64,000 nucleotides of DNA, taken from assembly GCA_002269645.1 (NCBI GenBank), contig NIVC01000405.1, positions 304,956 to 368,955 of the forward strand. Reading direction: 5' to 3'. Position 1 is the first letter of the stretch, and each line of letters starts with the position of its first letter. This stretch comes from Macrostomum lignano (taxonomy: Eukaryota). Position numbers and translations under genes: made by a program. This document shows, one piece after another, positions 1-11,646 of this stretch. The notes under the pieces were generated by a model. That model did not search any database, had not been told where the DNA came from, and saw nothing but the letters and a program-made list of their open reading frames with translations.

Positions 1-2
1 AT

Positions 3-619
3 CTAAGCTTCATCTTTCTTCTCCTTGTTCTTGCCGCCGCATCCAACACTGGAGAACAACTTAAATTTGCGATGATGATGCTTACGATGCTGGTCGGGCT
101 TCTCTTCATTATTGTTTCCAGCCTCCTGTTCAGTTGAAGACGTCGGCTTCTTTTTCAATTTTATCGACGATAACTTTGATATTCTTTCCTCTTTCTTGTG
201 CTTTTTCTTATCTTTTTTGCTTTTGTCAATCTTCTGCTCCTGGACGGAGGCGCTGGCGCTGGCCAGGGTGGCAGCCAGCAGCTGCTCCTGCTCCTCCTGC
301 TCACGCTGGCTGGCGTCGATCAGGTCGATGATGCGGGCTCGACGATCCACCACGTTGGTAAGCTGAGCCAGCAGGCTGCGTTCCAGCTCCCGGTCTGACT
401 CGGTTTTGAGGGCCTCTGCGAGTGCATTGGTCGGTGAGTGGATTTGAGTTTTGGAATCTATCTATCTGTCTAGCTACCTACCTATCTATCTATCTGTCTA
501 GCTACCTACCTATCTATCTATCTGTCTAGCTACCTACCTATCTATCTATCTGTCTATCTATCTATCTATCTATCTATCCATCTATCTATCTATCTATCTA
601 TCTATCCATCTATCTATCC

Positions 620-651
<32 letters not shown>

Positions 652-673
652 GTCTAGCTACCTACCTACCTAC

Positions 674-738
<65 letters not shown>

Positions 739-739
739 C

Positions 740-814
<75 letters not shown>

Positions 815-829
815 CATTTAACTATCTAC

Positions 830-899
<70 letters not shown>

Positions 900-3800
900 C
901 TTTGTCTATCTATGAGTCAATAAAATAATAACTTTAAAAAGGGACCCCAGTGGTTTAGCGAGACGCTCTGATGTGCCAGCGGCCCAGGCTCGATTCCAAG
1001 TGCAGTCTCATTAATTTGGGGTTGAATTGGAATCTCGGCTTGGCTCTGTTGGTGCAATAAACGGCCTTGAGGACCAACCCCCAAAGCACAGTGAGATGTA
1101 CATGCCTAACGATAAATAAAGTTAAGGCCGGTGTACACTTCTGTGTGTGTGCCTGCTCAGAGGAGTCGGCAGAACGGGCAGTAATGCCTCTCGCCGGTTG
1201 TGTGACAATGTCACACAGCACCCCTGCCCCTAACTAAAAAACACTAGACAAGCGTGATTTAACCAATCTATCTATACAGAAATATCACTGCGCTAACCTT
1301 GTTTGCTCATGACCCGGCGAAGATCGAATTCAATGCTAGAATGCTGCAGTTCCAATTCGCGCTCCTCGGATCTGCGGTCAATTGTATCGGTAATATAAGC
1401 AGTTTAGTTAAACAAAGTCCGATAATAAATAAAATAAACAGAATAGCAGCACGCATCTCATAGAAAACTAACCGTCTGAGCAGGTAGAGCTCCTCGCGGC
1501 ACAGTCGATTTCTTTCATTAACCAAGCCGATCCACTCCAGTAGCAGCGGCTCTTCGCTGTCCGAATTATCCAGCTCGGCTGCGGAGTAAAAGTGCAAACA
1601 ACCAATAAAAGTACATTCCTTTGTACTTTTCTATCTTGATTTACAAAGCGAAAGAATCTATCGATTGTTAGTAACGGATACTTAAAAAGTCTGAAAAGAA
1701 GCAGTTTCTCTTTATTATGTTAGTACACTTGCTCAGCTTCTTTATGGTTGGCCTTTTAACAGCTAAGTAGCTAAGTAACTAAGTAGCTCATCTATTTACC
1801 TGTTAGAGTACGTTAAAATTAGACGAATTATGATTGCAGAAAAATATTTGTAAATAATATTATCTACTAATGCAATGATTTGTTTATCTATCTGACTACT
1901 ATTTGCTTTTGTCCGTCCATCTATCTGTCTGTCTGTCTGTGTCTGTCTGTCTGTTTTAGTGTCTGTCTCTCTGTCTGTCTGCCTGCCTGCCTGTCTGTTT
2001 TAGTGTCTGTCTGTCTGTCTGCCTGTCTGTCTGTCTGTTGTCTGTCTGTCTGTCTGTTTTAGTGTCTGTCTGTCTGTCTGTCTGTCTGTTGTCTGTCTGT
2101 CTGTCTGTTTTAGTGTCTGTCTGTCTGTCTGTCTATCTGCTTTGGTGTCTGTCTCTCTGTCTGTCTGCCTGCCTGTCTGTCTGTTTTAGTGTCTGTCTGT
2201 CTGTCTGCCTGTCTGTCTTACAATACATGACAAAAACACTTACGACACCACACTTTATACCAGCACAACACGAAAAAGTGAATTACATTAGGCAAGAAAT
2301 AATGAGCAGAATAAAGATTAGTATAAAGACTACATTAATTGATGAAAGCTACATTAAAAATCACACATACGGAGCGCCTTTTATTAAAACTAAAGAGCAA
2401 TATTATAAATTCGAATGACTTTCTTCACCTTTGTAGCCTAATGTTCCATATCCGTAGGCTGAAATATTGAATAAAAATTTTAACAAAATAATCAATAGAT
2501 GTTAATAAGAAAATATCGATATTTTTGTGGCAGCATTTTTTAATTTTTGATAAAAATTATATTGGAATCAATTATTGAATTAAAAATAAATAATAATTTT
2601 AAAGTATAGTGGAGTAAGGAGGTAATGAGTGTGTTAATTAAATAAGTGAAAGTATTACTACACTAAAGTTATGCTTGTTCAGACTACTAACAAAAGTAGT
2701 TTAAACAAGCGTTTCTGTGATTTAAATCACTTAACTTGATTTGTAAATACTTTAAAGCACATGTTTCAATCAATGGTGTACATGCGCTTATATGATTTTA
2801 ATAGAGCGTTGAGAATATTATAAATATAATTTGTTGTCAAAAAGTCAGTTGTACGTAATTATCATAATTTTAACAGTGTGGCAGCTTAATTAAGGACCTG
2901 TAGATGTTGACTAAAGCAGAGATACTAGTTTTTCTGTCACACTCGCTATTAAAGTTGTGAAAAAAACAGAGCGTCTACTCTTTTCTTCAGTAGTTTGTCT
3001 GCACAGTGTTACCTAAATTTATTGTGGCAGCTGAAGTTTCTTTTCCTTTCTGGAGGTTTGCGACCTCAGGAGCATATGGAGATAAGAATGAACAGCAAGT
3101 ATTTAACTCAATGTACCATGTCTTGATGTCTTAAGAGGGGAGAGGGCAGAGAGGAGAGAGGAAAGGGGTGAGGAGAGAAGAGGGGAGAGAGAAGAGAGGA
3201 GAGGGGAGGGAAGAGGGAATAGGGAAGAGAAGAGGGGAGAGGGGATAAAGGAGAGAAGAGGGGAGAGAAGAGAGGAGAGGAGGGGAGAGAGGAGAGAAGA
3301 GAGGAGAGAAGAGAAGAGGGGAGAGAAGAGGGGAGAGAAGAGAGGAGAGGGGAGGGAGGAGAGAAGAGAGGAGAGAAGAGGGGAGAGAAGAGAGGAGAGG
3401 AGGGGAGAGAGGAGAGAAGATGGGAGAGAAGAGGGGAGAGAAGAGGGGAGAGAAGAGGGGAGAGAAGAGAGGAGAGGGGAGAGAGGAGAGGAGAGAAGAG
3501 GGGAGAGAAGAGGGGAGACGCCCCGGGAGAGAGGAGAGAAAAGAGAAGAGAGAAGAGGGGAGAGAAGAGGGGAGAGAAGAGAGGAGAGGAGGGGAGAGAG
3601 GAGAGAAGATGGGAGAGAGAGATAAGAGAGCTGAGAAGAGACACAAACCCTGAGCAGGCCGGATTGCTATTGTAAAGTTTTAAAGGACCTGAGGGCCGAG
3701 TAAAGAGACTTTGCGGGCCGGATTTTGCCGACCTCAGATACAATATTCTCAAAACACTACTTTAAGACTAGAGAGACACATAATCAACAGAGTTATTTAC

Positions 3801-6800
3801 ATAATCCATTATCTATGCCATCATGCGTATTTGGTTAAAAATACATGGATGAATTCAGGTGAGCACAAACCTCGCTTCAACTTGTCGTACAGGACCCGGC
3901 CGCGACTCTCAATATCGGCCTGTTTAGCCCCGACAGCCGCCAGCTCCTGTTCAATAGCGTCGATGCCTTCAAATTCGTCGGCAGCTTCGGTTAAAATTTG
4001 GCGCCGCTCGGACTGGCACGGCCGAGGCGGCGCCGGGCCTTTGGCGCGCAGAGCCGAGGAACGATGATGCAGATCGGAGGCTGACAGGTGCGTAGGCGTG
4101 GAGGCTGGAGTGGTCTGCGGACTGTACAGGCGGAACAGAAAGTGAGCGATCATGAATTTTTGTGGTAGGGACCAGGCACGTACTCGCTCACACGGAGTGT
4201 ACAGAAGCGGCCCTGACATTTTTAACTTCAGGCATGTCATCGAGAGTGGGACCTGGGGGGGGGGTCGTCACACACACCCTCAGTTACCCCAGCTAATGCT
4301 GGCACCCATTTTACAGCTGGGTGAACAGAAGCAAAATGCAGAAAGTTAAGTGTCTTGCTCAAGGACACAAATTGTGCCAAGTAGATCGGGAATCGAACCC
4401 CCGACCTTTCAGTCGTGAGTCCGACGCTCTAAGCACTAGGCTACATGTAACAAACTTCAAGAAGCACCGAGTTCTAATAAGACTGATGCTACTAATAGTA
4501 GTGCAGTTGAGTTTAAATAAAAGTTCACCTAGAAATACTTACGAAGCCTGAGCAGAAACTGGCATAAAGGCGTAAGCAGCTGTCGCCGAAGCATTGCTAG
4601 TCGATGTCGACTTTGGCGTTCCCTGCGCTTGCGGCGGCGGTGGCGGGGCGTGTCGGCTCTTTCGAAACGATTTGCCAGCAATAGCAGACGGTCCAGGACT
4701 GCCGGCTCTATAGAGAGGCTCCATAGACGATGAGCGAGTGGCTGGCAGGGATACGCTGGGCTTAGCAGAATTTGCACTTTTATTGATGTTGCTGCTGCTG
4801 CTGCTGGCGGCCGCAGGCTGCGGCCGCGGAGGCGGCGGCTTCGCGGCTTTCGGTTGGTCGTCGGGTTCGCCAAATGGATTGAGCTCTTCTGGGTAGGCGG
4901 CTGCGGCGGTGGCTGGGGCGACCGACTGCGGCCGTCGAGGCGCTGGCGGAGGTCTTTGAGGCGGCGGCGCTGGAGGCTTCGGGGGCTTTGCTTTGCTGCT
5001 GCTACTGACTGGCGTCTCGTCTCTGCGGCGAGGGGGTGTCGGATGAGATAAGAAATTTTATTAACTGTCAATTTACCTTTAAGTAAACAAAAATTGTATA
5101 GTTTTATTGGGATTCTTCGGATTTCAATGCTTGTGCAACTTCTGACAGTCATGGAGACGTAGCAATTTTGAGTCTTATTGAAAAGAAATAAAGAAAATCT
5201 ATGAGCGAAAAACTCAATTAGCTAAGCCAGAATCCGTATAATCCTCTTGTGTAGCTTGCATTTTGAAGCGTTCTCAGGCATACAAGCGCGCGGATTCGTA
5301 CGCAGTCATACGCACAGGCACACACACACAGGAGTGTACAGCGGCCCTAACTTTATTTATCGTCATGCATGTACACTTCACTGTGCCTTGGGGGGGGGGG
5401 TTGGCCCTCAAGGTCGTTAATTGCACGAGCAGAGCCAAGCCGAGAATCCAATTCAGCCCCATGCAAATTAATGTGACTGTACTTGGAATCGAGCCTGGGC
5501 CTCTGGGACATCAGTGCGCCGCGCTAGAGCACTGGGCTTACGGCCTCTGGCCAAAAGAAGTAAAAATATTGCTATCAAAAACAGTTGCCGTTAATTCCCT
5601 TGCTTTGTTAGCTCGGCTGTAATAGGACATAAAGTACAAAATCAATTCTTACTTAAACGGATTGAACTCTTCCGGATACAGGTCAACATCTACTGTTTTA
5701 GGCTTTGCAGAAGAAGCAGCTCCAACAGTAGTTGCTGACCGAGCCAACTGCGACTGTGCCCGCTTAGAAGGCGGCGGCGGTGGCGGTGCTGGCGCCGGCT
5801 TCCGGGCTGATCGGCGAACAGAAGCTGGGGAACCGAACGGCGAGGATGCGGCGGCAGTAGGAGCCGGGCCGGAAATCTGAGCAGAAGCTGTCGCTGGAGC
5901 AGAAGGCGCAACCGCGGATATTGTGGCGGGAGGGGCTTCCTTGGTGGAAGATTTTTCAGGAGCGGATTCCGAAACGGAAGCTGCAGCTGGGGCAGATTCT
6001 GGGATGGAATTTAAGGCAGGGGCGGATTCCGGAATGGAAGTTTCAAGTGAAGCGGCTTCCGGAGCGGAAGCTTCAGGTGCAGATTCCGGTGCGGAAGCTT
6101 CAGGTACAGCGGTTTCCGGAGCGGAAGCTTCCGATGGAGCGGTTTCCGGAGCGGAAGCTTCAGGTGGAGCAGATTTCGGTGCGGAAGCTTCAGGTGGAGC
6201 AGATTCCGGTGCGGAAGCTTCAGGTACAGCGGTTTCCGTAGTGGAAGCTTCAGGTGGACCAGTTTCCATAGCGGAAGCTTCAGGTGGACCAGTTTCCGTA
6301 GCGGAAGCTTCAGATGGACCAGTTTCCGTAGCGGAAGCTTCAGGTGGACCAGTTTCCGTAGCGGAAGCTTCAGGTGGACCAGTTTCCGTAGCGGAAGCTT
6401 CAGGTGTAGTAGTTTCCGGAGCGGAAGCGTCAGATGAAGCGGTTTTCACAGCAATATCAGCTGCGGCAGAACCAGCGCCGTTAGTAAGTGACGCTTTCGA
6501 AGGCTGCTGCGGCAGCTGCTGTCGCACAGGGATGGTCGCCAAGCCGCGCTGATCGCCAAGGTCGCGCTGCTGGCAAGCCGGAGACTCCGACCGCTGATTC
6601 TCGTCCGACGAAGCTTCTAACGACAATGAATCATCCGGAGACGCTACTTGCAGGGGCGCGCCATTGTTAGCGACGGCGGCGGCATCTTCATTGTCGCAAC
6701 GACGTCGTTTCTCTAAAGCTTCGTTGGCCGCTCGGCGAAGGTCGACGCGTCGACTGTCTAGAAGGCACTGGCGATGACAGAGCCGACCGTCGGTGTCCAT

Positions 6801-8622
6801 GGCTCGTTCTAGTAGGAACACATCGCCCTGGCACATGGCGCAGCTGCTGCCGCGCTTCTGGAGTGAGAAGAAAAATATGATAATTCAACAAAAATCTAAT
6901 TATAGATTTCTTTGTCTGCATACGTACTATATGTTAAAAATTATCGACAGAAATGGTCACACTATTGGAATATCGGTATTCAAAATGATTTTAGCCTGGT
7001 CACTAACCGGTGCTCCACATGGTCAAAGCTAGGAGTTGAACCGGTGCCCTACATGGTCATAGCTAGGGTTAAACCGGTGCCCTACATGTTCATAGCTAGG
7101 AGTTGAACTGGTGCCCACATGGTCATAGCTAGGGTTTGAACAGGTGCCCCACATGGTCATAGCTATGAGTTCAACCGGTGCACCACATGGTCACAATATT
7201 CTGAAACCAATGTAAACCAACACCTGTAATTTCAGTGACCATATCATAACCAACATAATTCCACCGAAATGAACCAACCAACAAAGATATCAAATTTATC
7301 ATAATTCAAGTGTAACCTGTTTGACAAATTTGACAAAAAACTCCTATAATTAATAATAGAAAACAAAATTTTGTGCACAAATGAGCGGATAAGCAATCTC
7401 TAGGAAATCCTATAAATTATAAGTATAATATAGTCTTCTATTCCCAGACTCTGTCACCAACTATTTAAAAAGAATTTTCAATTTCAAATGGATTTCAACT
7501 TGAACTCAGTTTTCTATGTAGACTAGATTGATACAAATAGTGAAAATTTACATCCAAGCTACTAATAGTAGCTTCATCTAACTATAGTGTATAAACGTTA
7601 TTTTTTTCACTCAAAAAGCGCAAATACAAGCGATAGAGAAGACGCAGACGTGAGCTTTTGTGGCCAATCGAATGAATGGGTGCGAAAATGGTTTTTTATT
7701 GGTCAATAAAATTGTGACGGTTTCAGTGTGAGAAGAAACAAAAGATAATAGAAATAGAAAAATATTTTAGTTGCCAAGGCACTGTTATAATTGGTCAGAC
7801 AAAGGGCATATCAGATCTGCCAGTAATGAAGTTCCTGTAGGTTAATTAATAAATAAAACAGAACTTGTTAGTTTGATACACAGATTATTAAATCAGAATA
7901 ACTTTTATTTATTTAGTTTATTAACACCTATATGTTAGCCAGTGCAAGTTAAACGTGTTCGATATTAAATTGTTAAGCTTGTTAAATATAGTTTGAGATA
8001 ATCTCCTACCTTTGGCGTGGACGAAGAAGCAGTAGCAGAAGCCGATTCAGCTGACGCGTTCGACTGCTGCTGAGAAGTATTATTGCCGCCAGAGTGCATA
8101 TTGACTGACGGACCGCCGCCTGAAATGCATTCGTACATTTCAATAGAATTATTCTACTTAAAGTAGCGGAGATAGTAGCATCCGGAGTCTGAATTCAATC
8201 ACTTAAAGAGTGAAAAAAACCATCATCTACAGACATTTGGAACAAAATAAACTAAAAATATATTTCAAATATAACATCAAGCTTGAAAATCTTGTTCCAA
8301 ATTCAGAATGTCAAAATTAAAACTGATGCATCATGACACAAGATGTGACAGAAAAAATCCACGACTATTCAGCTGATTCCATGAAAACGCAGTTGGATTC
8401 TTTTGTATTTTTTTGGATTCTAGTAGGCCTATAAGAGTGTTCAGCGCTAGGGTGACCGAGACCGCAGGTCCACAAAGCCGGCTTAGCTGATTCAAGAGCC
8501 GTGCAAATAATGAAGAGCTTTGCAGTTGGGACAACCAATTCCGCAATGTCACTCCAAATCCCTACAGCAGGGGGCGGCAAACTCCGGCCCGCAAAGTCTC
8601 TCTCTCTCTCTCTCTCTCTCCT

Positions 8623-8710
<88 letters not shown>

Positions 8711-9579
8711 CTCTTCTGCCCTCTCCTCTTTCCTACCCTTTCCTCCCTCTCGTCTCTCCGCTCAACTCTCTCCTCTCTCCTCAATTCTCCTTTCTCCGCT
8801 CGACTCTCTACCCTCTCTTCTCTCCTATCTTCTCCCCTCTCCTCTCTCCGCTTGATTCTCTCCCCTCTCCTCTTTTCTACCCTTTCCTCTCTTTGCTCTC
8901 TCTCAGCCCTCAATTCTCTCCCTTCTGCTCTCTTCCCCGTGTTTCCTCCTTTATCTCTACTCTCCTTCTCTAAGCTCTTATCTTCCATTTCTTTCCTTTC
9001 CACTTTTCACTAACCTGCAGCAAGCAATCAGCTGGTTTCTCTATCTGGCACTTGAGGTGCAAAAGTTTGTTGAGTCTTGCCCGTAGGGAAATCGATTTGA
9101 CTTACCAAAATCTGGTAGCTGGCAAACTCCGGTTTAACAACAAAGAAAAGCAGTAAGCAGAACATGATATAATCTCAATGCTACTTACGCCTCTCCTTGC
9201 CGCGCAGGTGCATATTGATATAGGCCACATAGGTGATAATGCTCAGCTTCTCGGGTGTAGCCATTTCCTCCGCATCTAGCAAAGCCGGTATGCCAATAGT
9301 TTCGGCAATACGAAATGCCAATTGATTATTTTGAAGCCAATTATCAGCTTTAAGCGAATGAAAATCGATAAGCTCGGGCCTGTACCGATGCAGGATCGCG
9401 CAGAATGCTAATCCGTCTCGGAAACTGCTTGTAAAATTGGTCACCTTCACGCCCGGATATCCGTCTGTCTGGGCCTGGCACCAGCGTAGCAGGCTTTGAA
9501 TCTTGTCCGCTGAAGACGGACTCGAAGCTGACACCGTTGTGGAAGCTCTGCCAGCCATTCGATTGTCATCTGGGATCAT
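3..9579 (-). CDS. MICALL: MICAL-like protein (CH domain, truncated LIM, Pro-rich/NPF region, C-terminal bMERB coiled coil), 8 coding exons
   Basis: Exons (minus): 9579-9189, 8119-8010, 6857-5653, 5022-4543, 4121-3871, 1578-1473, 1371-1298, 415-3. All introns are GT-AG with matching phases. CH motif [44 protein letters not shown]; two YPEE[FL]NPF motifs; bMERB motifs [60 protein letters not shown]. The start could instead be the second Met at 9558. MICALL1 vs MICALL2 not resolvable. Confidence 0.9.
457..910. repeat. (TATC)n microsatellite
   Basis: Long TATC run with TACC/TGTC variants in the last MICAL-like intron. Confidence 0.95.
945..1160 (+). mobile_element. tRNA-derived SINE, family B, copy 1
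   Basis: B-box-like GGCTCGATTCC head; high similarity to the reverse complement of 5312-5545. Confidence 0.7.
1915..2218. repeat. (TCTG)n microsatellite
   Basis: TCTG repeats with periodic TTTTAGTG interruptions. Confidence 0.95.
3130..3737 (-). mobile_element. hAT-like MITE end plus GA/CT-rich tract
   Basis: Reverse complement from 3737 reads CTGAGGTCGGCAAAATCCGGCCCGCAAAGTCTCT, matching the CAGGGGGCGGCAAACTCCGGCCCGCAAAGTCTCT start at 8568; a CT-rich tract follows on the same strand. Confidence 0.55.
4173..4445 (-). mobile_element. tRNA-derived SINE with CORE-like central domain, family A
   Basis: Minus strand: A-box-like TAGCCTAGTGCTTAGAGCG, B-box GGTTCGATTCCC, then GTGTCCTTGAGCAAGACACTTAAC...CTGTAAAATGGG resembling the CORE-SINE domain. 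Confidence 0.75.
5312..5545 (-). mobile_element. tRNA-derived SINE, family B, copy 2
   Basis: Head GGCCGTAAGCCCAGTGCTCTAGCG...GGCTCGATTCC; colinear with 945-1160 in the opposite orientation. Confidence 0.7.
6060..6435 (-). repeat. Coding 30-bp tandem repeat (about 13 x 10 aa, [20 protein letters not shown]) in MICAL-like exon 3
   Basis: GCGGAAGCTTC recurs every 30 bp from 6091 to 6421 inside the open exon. Confidence 0.9.
7015..7195. repeat. ~33-34-bp minisatellite (about 5 units)
   Basis: Unit ACATGGTCATAGCTAGGAGTTGAACCGGTGCCC. Confidence 0.85.
8568..9079 (+). mobile_element. hAT-like MITE enclosing (CT)n and CT-rich tract
   Basis: Starts CAGGGGGCGGCAAACTCCGGCCCGC; degenerate right end AAAAGTTTGTTGAGTCTTG near 9061-9079; no clean TSD. 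Confidence 0.55.
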
Positions 9580-9715
9580 GAAGAGTTGTTTATGGGGGAA
9601 TATATAAGCGGATTTAGTTACATACCTTTACTTCAAACTATTTAGCACATTTCCAACTTAACGGACCGAGTAGTCGATGAGAATGAGAATCATTGGAGCT
9701 GAGTGGCAGTTAGAT

Positions 9716-10055
9716 ATGAGGGATCAGAGAGGGTAAATGGCGGTTCAATATGAGGGATCAGAGAGGGTAAATGGCGGTTCAATATGAAGAATCAGAAAGG
9801 GTGAATGATGGCTTAATTTAAGGGATCAGAGAGGGTAAATGGCGGTTCAATATGAGGGATCAGAGAGGGTAAATGGCGGTTCAATATGAGGGATCAGAGA
9901 GGGTAAATGGCGGTTCAATAAGAAGAATCAGAAAGGGTGAATGATGGCTTAATTTAAGGGATCAGAGAGGGTAAATGGCGGTTCAATAAGAAGAATCAGA
10001 AAGGGTGAATGATGGTTTAATATCAGGGATCAGAGAGGATAAATGGCGGTTCAAT
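9716..10055. repeat. 34-bp minisatellite upstream of the MICAL-like CDS
   Basis: Unit TGAGGGATCAGAGAGGGTAAATGGCGGTTCAATA plus a variant unit. Confidence 0.9.
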
Positions 10056-10529
10056 ATTACGCAATAAATCTGAGAATCAAGAAGTAAGAATCAAAGGATT
10101 AAGATGACGATTCTAATGTAAGAATTAAATATTTGACAACTTTCCAAGCTTTTGCTAACAATTAAATACGAGCGTAATAATAACATTAGTAGCTGCAACG
10201 TCAAGCAATTCTGTTCTTTTCCAATATAATTAATATAATAGCCAGCATTGCCAGTCACGTGACATTCAAACAGAGCGATAATTAGGCAATGTTAACAAAA
10301 AACAGTAGCAAAAGTATAATGTAAATTGTTTTTTCAGAACTAAAATTAACATAACCGAGAAATCAATCATAGTAAAAATAAAGCCACGGCTGCAGAACTC
10401 GCATCGGGTGGTCGGAACCAGAGTTACAATGGGAAAGAAGGCTTAGAAAGGAAGCAAAATTCTACTTTAAATGTGAAAATAAAGCACAATAGCGACAAAT
10501 TAAATTTCCCCAAATTAAACTCGTTTTTA

Positions 10530-11045
10530 TGAGACTCATTTCTTAGAATAGACCCGTTGCTACTGCTTTGAGACTCATTTCTAAGAATAGACCCGTTGCT
10601 ATGCGACTCATTTTTAAGAATAGTAGACCCGTTGCTATGCGACTCATTTCGAAGAATAGACCCGTTGCTATGCAACTCATTTCTAAGAGTAGACCCGTTG
10701 CTATGCGACTCATTTCTAAGAATAGTAGACCCGTTGCTATGCGACTCATTTCGAAGAATAGACCCGTTGCTATGCAACTCATTTCTAAGAGTAGACCCGT
10801 TGCTATGCGACTCATTTTTAAGAATAGTAGACCCGTTGCTATGCGACTCATTTCGAAGAATAGACCCGTTGCTATGCAACTCATTTCTAAGAGTAGACCC
10901 GTTGCTATGCGACTCATTTCTAAGAATAGTAGACCCGTTGCTATGCGACTCATTTCGAAGAATAGACCCGTTGCTATGCAACTCATTTCTAAGAGTAGAC
11001 CCGTTGCTATGCGACTCATTTCTAAGAATAGAACCGTTGCTATGG
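10530..11045. repeat. 33/36-bp minisatellite with 102-bp higher-order unit
   Basis: Core GACTCATTTCTAAGAATAGACCCGTTGCTATGC in a repeating 36+33+33 pattern. Confidence 0.9.
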
Positions 11046-11160
11046 GACTTTTCGCTATGAAACTGGTTTCTAATAATTTTTAAGAAAGCATTTTAATAAA
11101 GCCCTAGGTTTAAACGAACACAATATTTGCCGTAGTAGTTCATTATTAATGAATAGATTG

Positions 11161-11646
11161 CTAAGCCACCAATACACCGCCCCCAGATCCGCTGTCTCCA
11201 TCGGGCTTGTTGCTGCCGCTGCTGCCACCGCTACCGCCTGCGGCAGCCGCATCGCTAGGCCGTTCGCCAGCCAGCCGGATTCCGTGCTTCTCTTTAAATT
11301 CGTTCAATTCGCGGCCCTTGTCTTCTAGGCGCTGTTTCATCTGTTCAACAAGAGCCAGCATCTGTTCCCGATTGGTAGACAGAGTTGGCAGGACTTCCCC
11401 GGCTGTGCGTTCAACTAACACGCTGCCAACCATGCGATAGCACTTCCTATCTGGTTGGACTTTCTCTAACACGTCAATAACTAGGCCGAATTCGCGGGCC
11501 TCCATCTCCATCTGGTTGATTCGCATACCAATTTGACGCTGCTCTTCGCGCAGCACGTTGAACTGATTGACAGCCTCTTGTACGTTTTTTTTGCTAGGCG
11601 CGGCACCACTGCTGCCGCTACTGTTGCTAACCGCAGATGTTGACAT
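11161..11646 (-). CDS. PFDN2: Prefoldin subunit 2 (CDS without introns)
   Basis: QFNVLREEQRQIG...EFGLVIDVLEKVQPDRKCYRMVGSVLVERTAGEVLPTL...KGRELNEFKEKHGIRL matches the prefoldin-2 pattern. An acceptor-like site at 11678-11680 and a donor AG/GTGAGG at 14893 suggest a possible 5'UTR intron. Confidence 0.93.
   Translation of the reverse strand: MSTSAVSNSSGSSGAAPSKKNVQEAVNQFNVLREEQRQIGMRINQMEMEAREFGLVIDVLEKVQPDRKCYRMVGSVLVERTAGEVLPTLSTNREQMLALVEQMKQRLEDKGRELNEFKEKHGIRLAGERPSDAAAAGGSGGSSGSNKPDGDSGSGGGVLVA

Noticed and set aside
1880-3752. ORFs over (TCTG)n and GA-rich tracts (also 8501-9013, 19986-20738, 21897-22474, 25667-26007, 39023-39565, 54024-54476)
   Set aside because: Low-complexity translations with no domain signal.
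4381-4445. tRNA gene
   Set aside because: A/B boxes are present but there is no full cloverleaf; the sequence continues into a SINE body.
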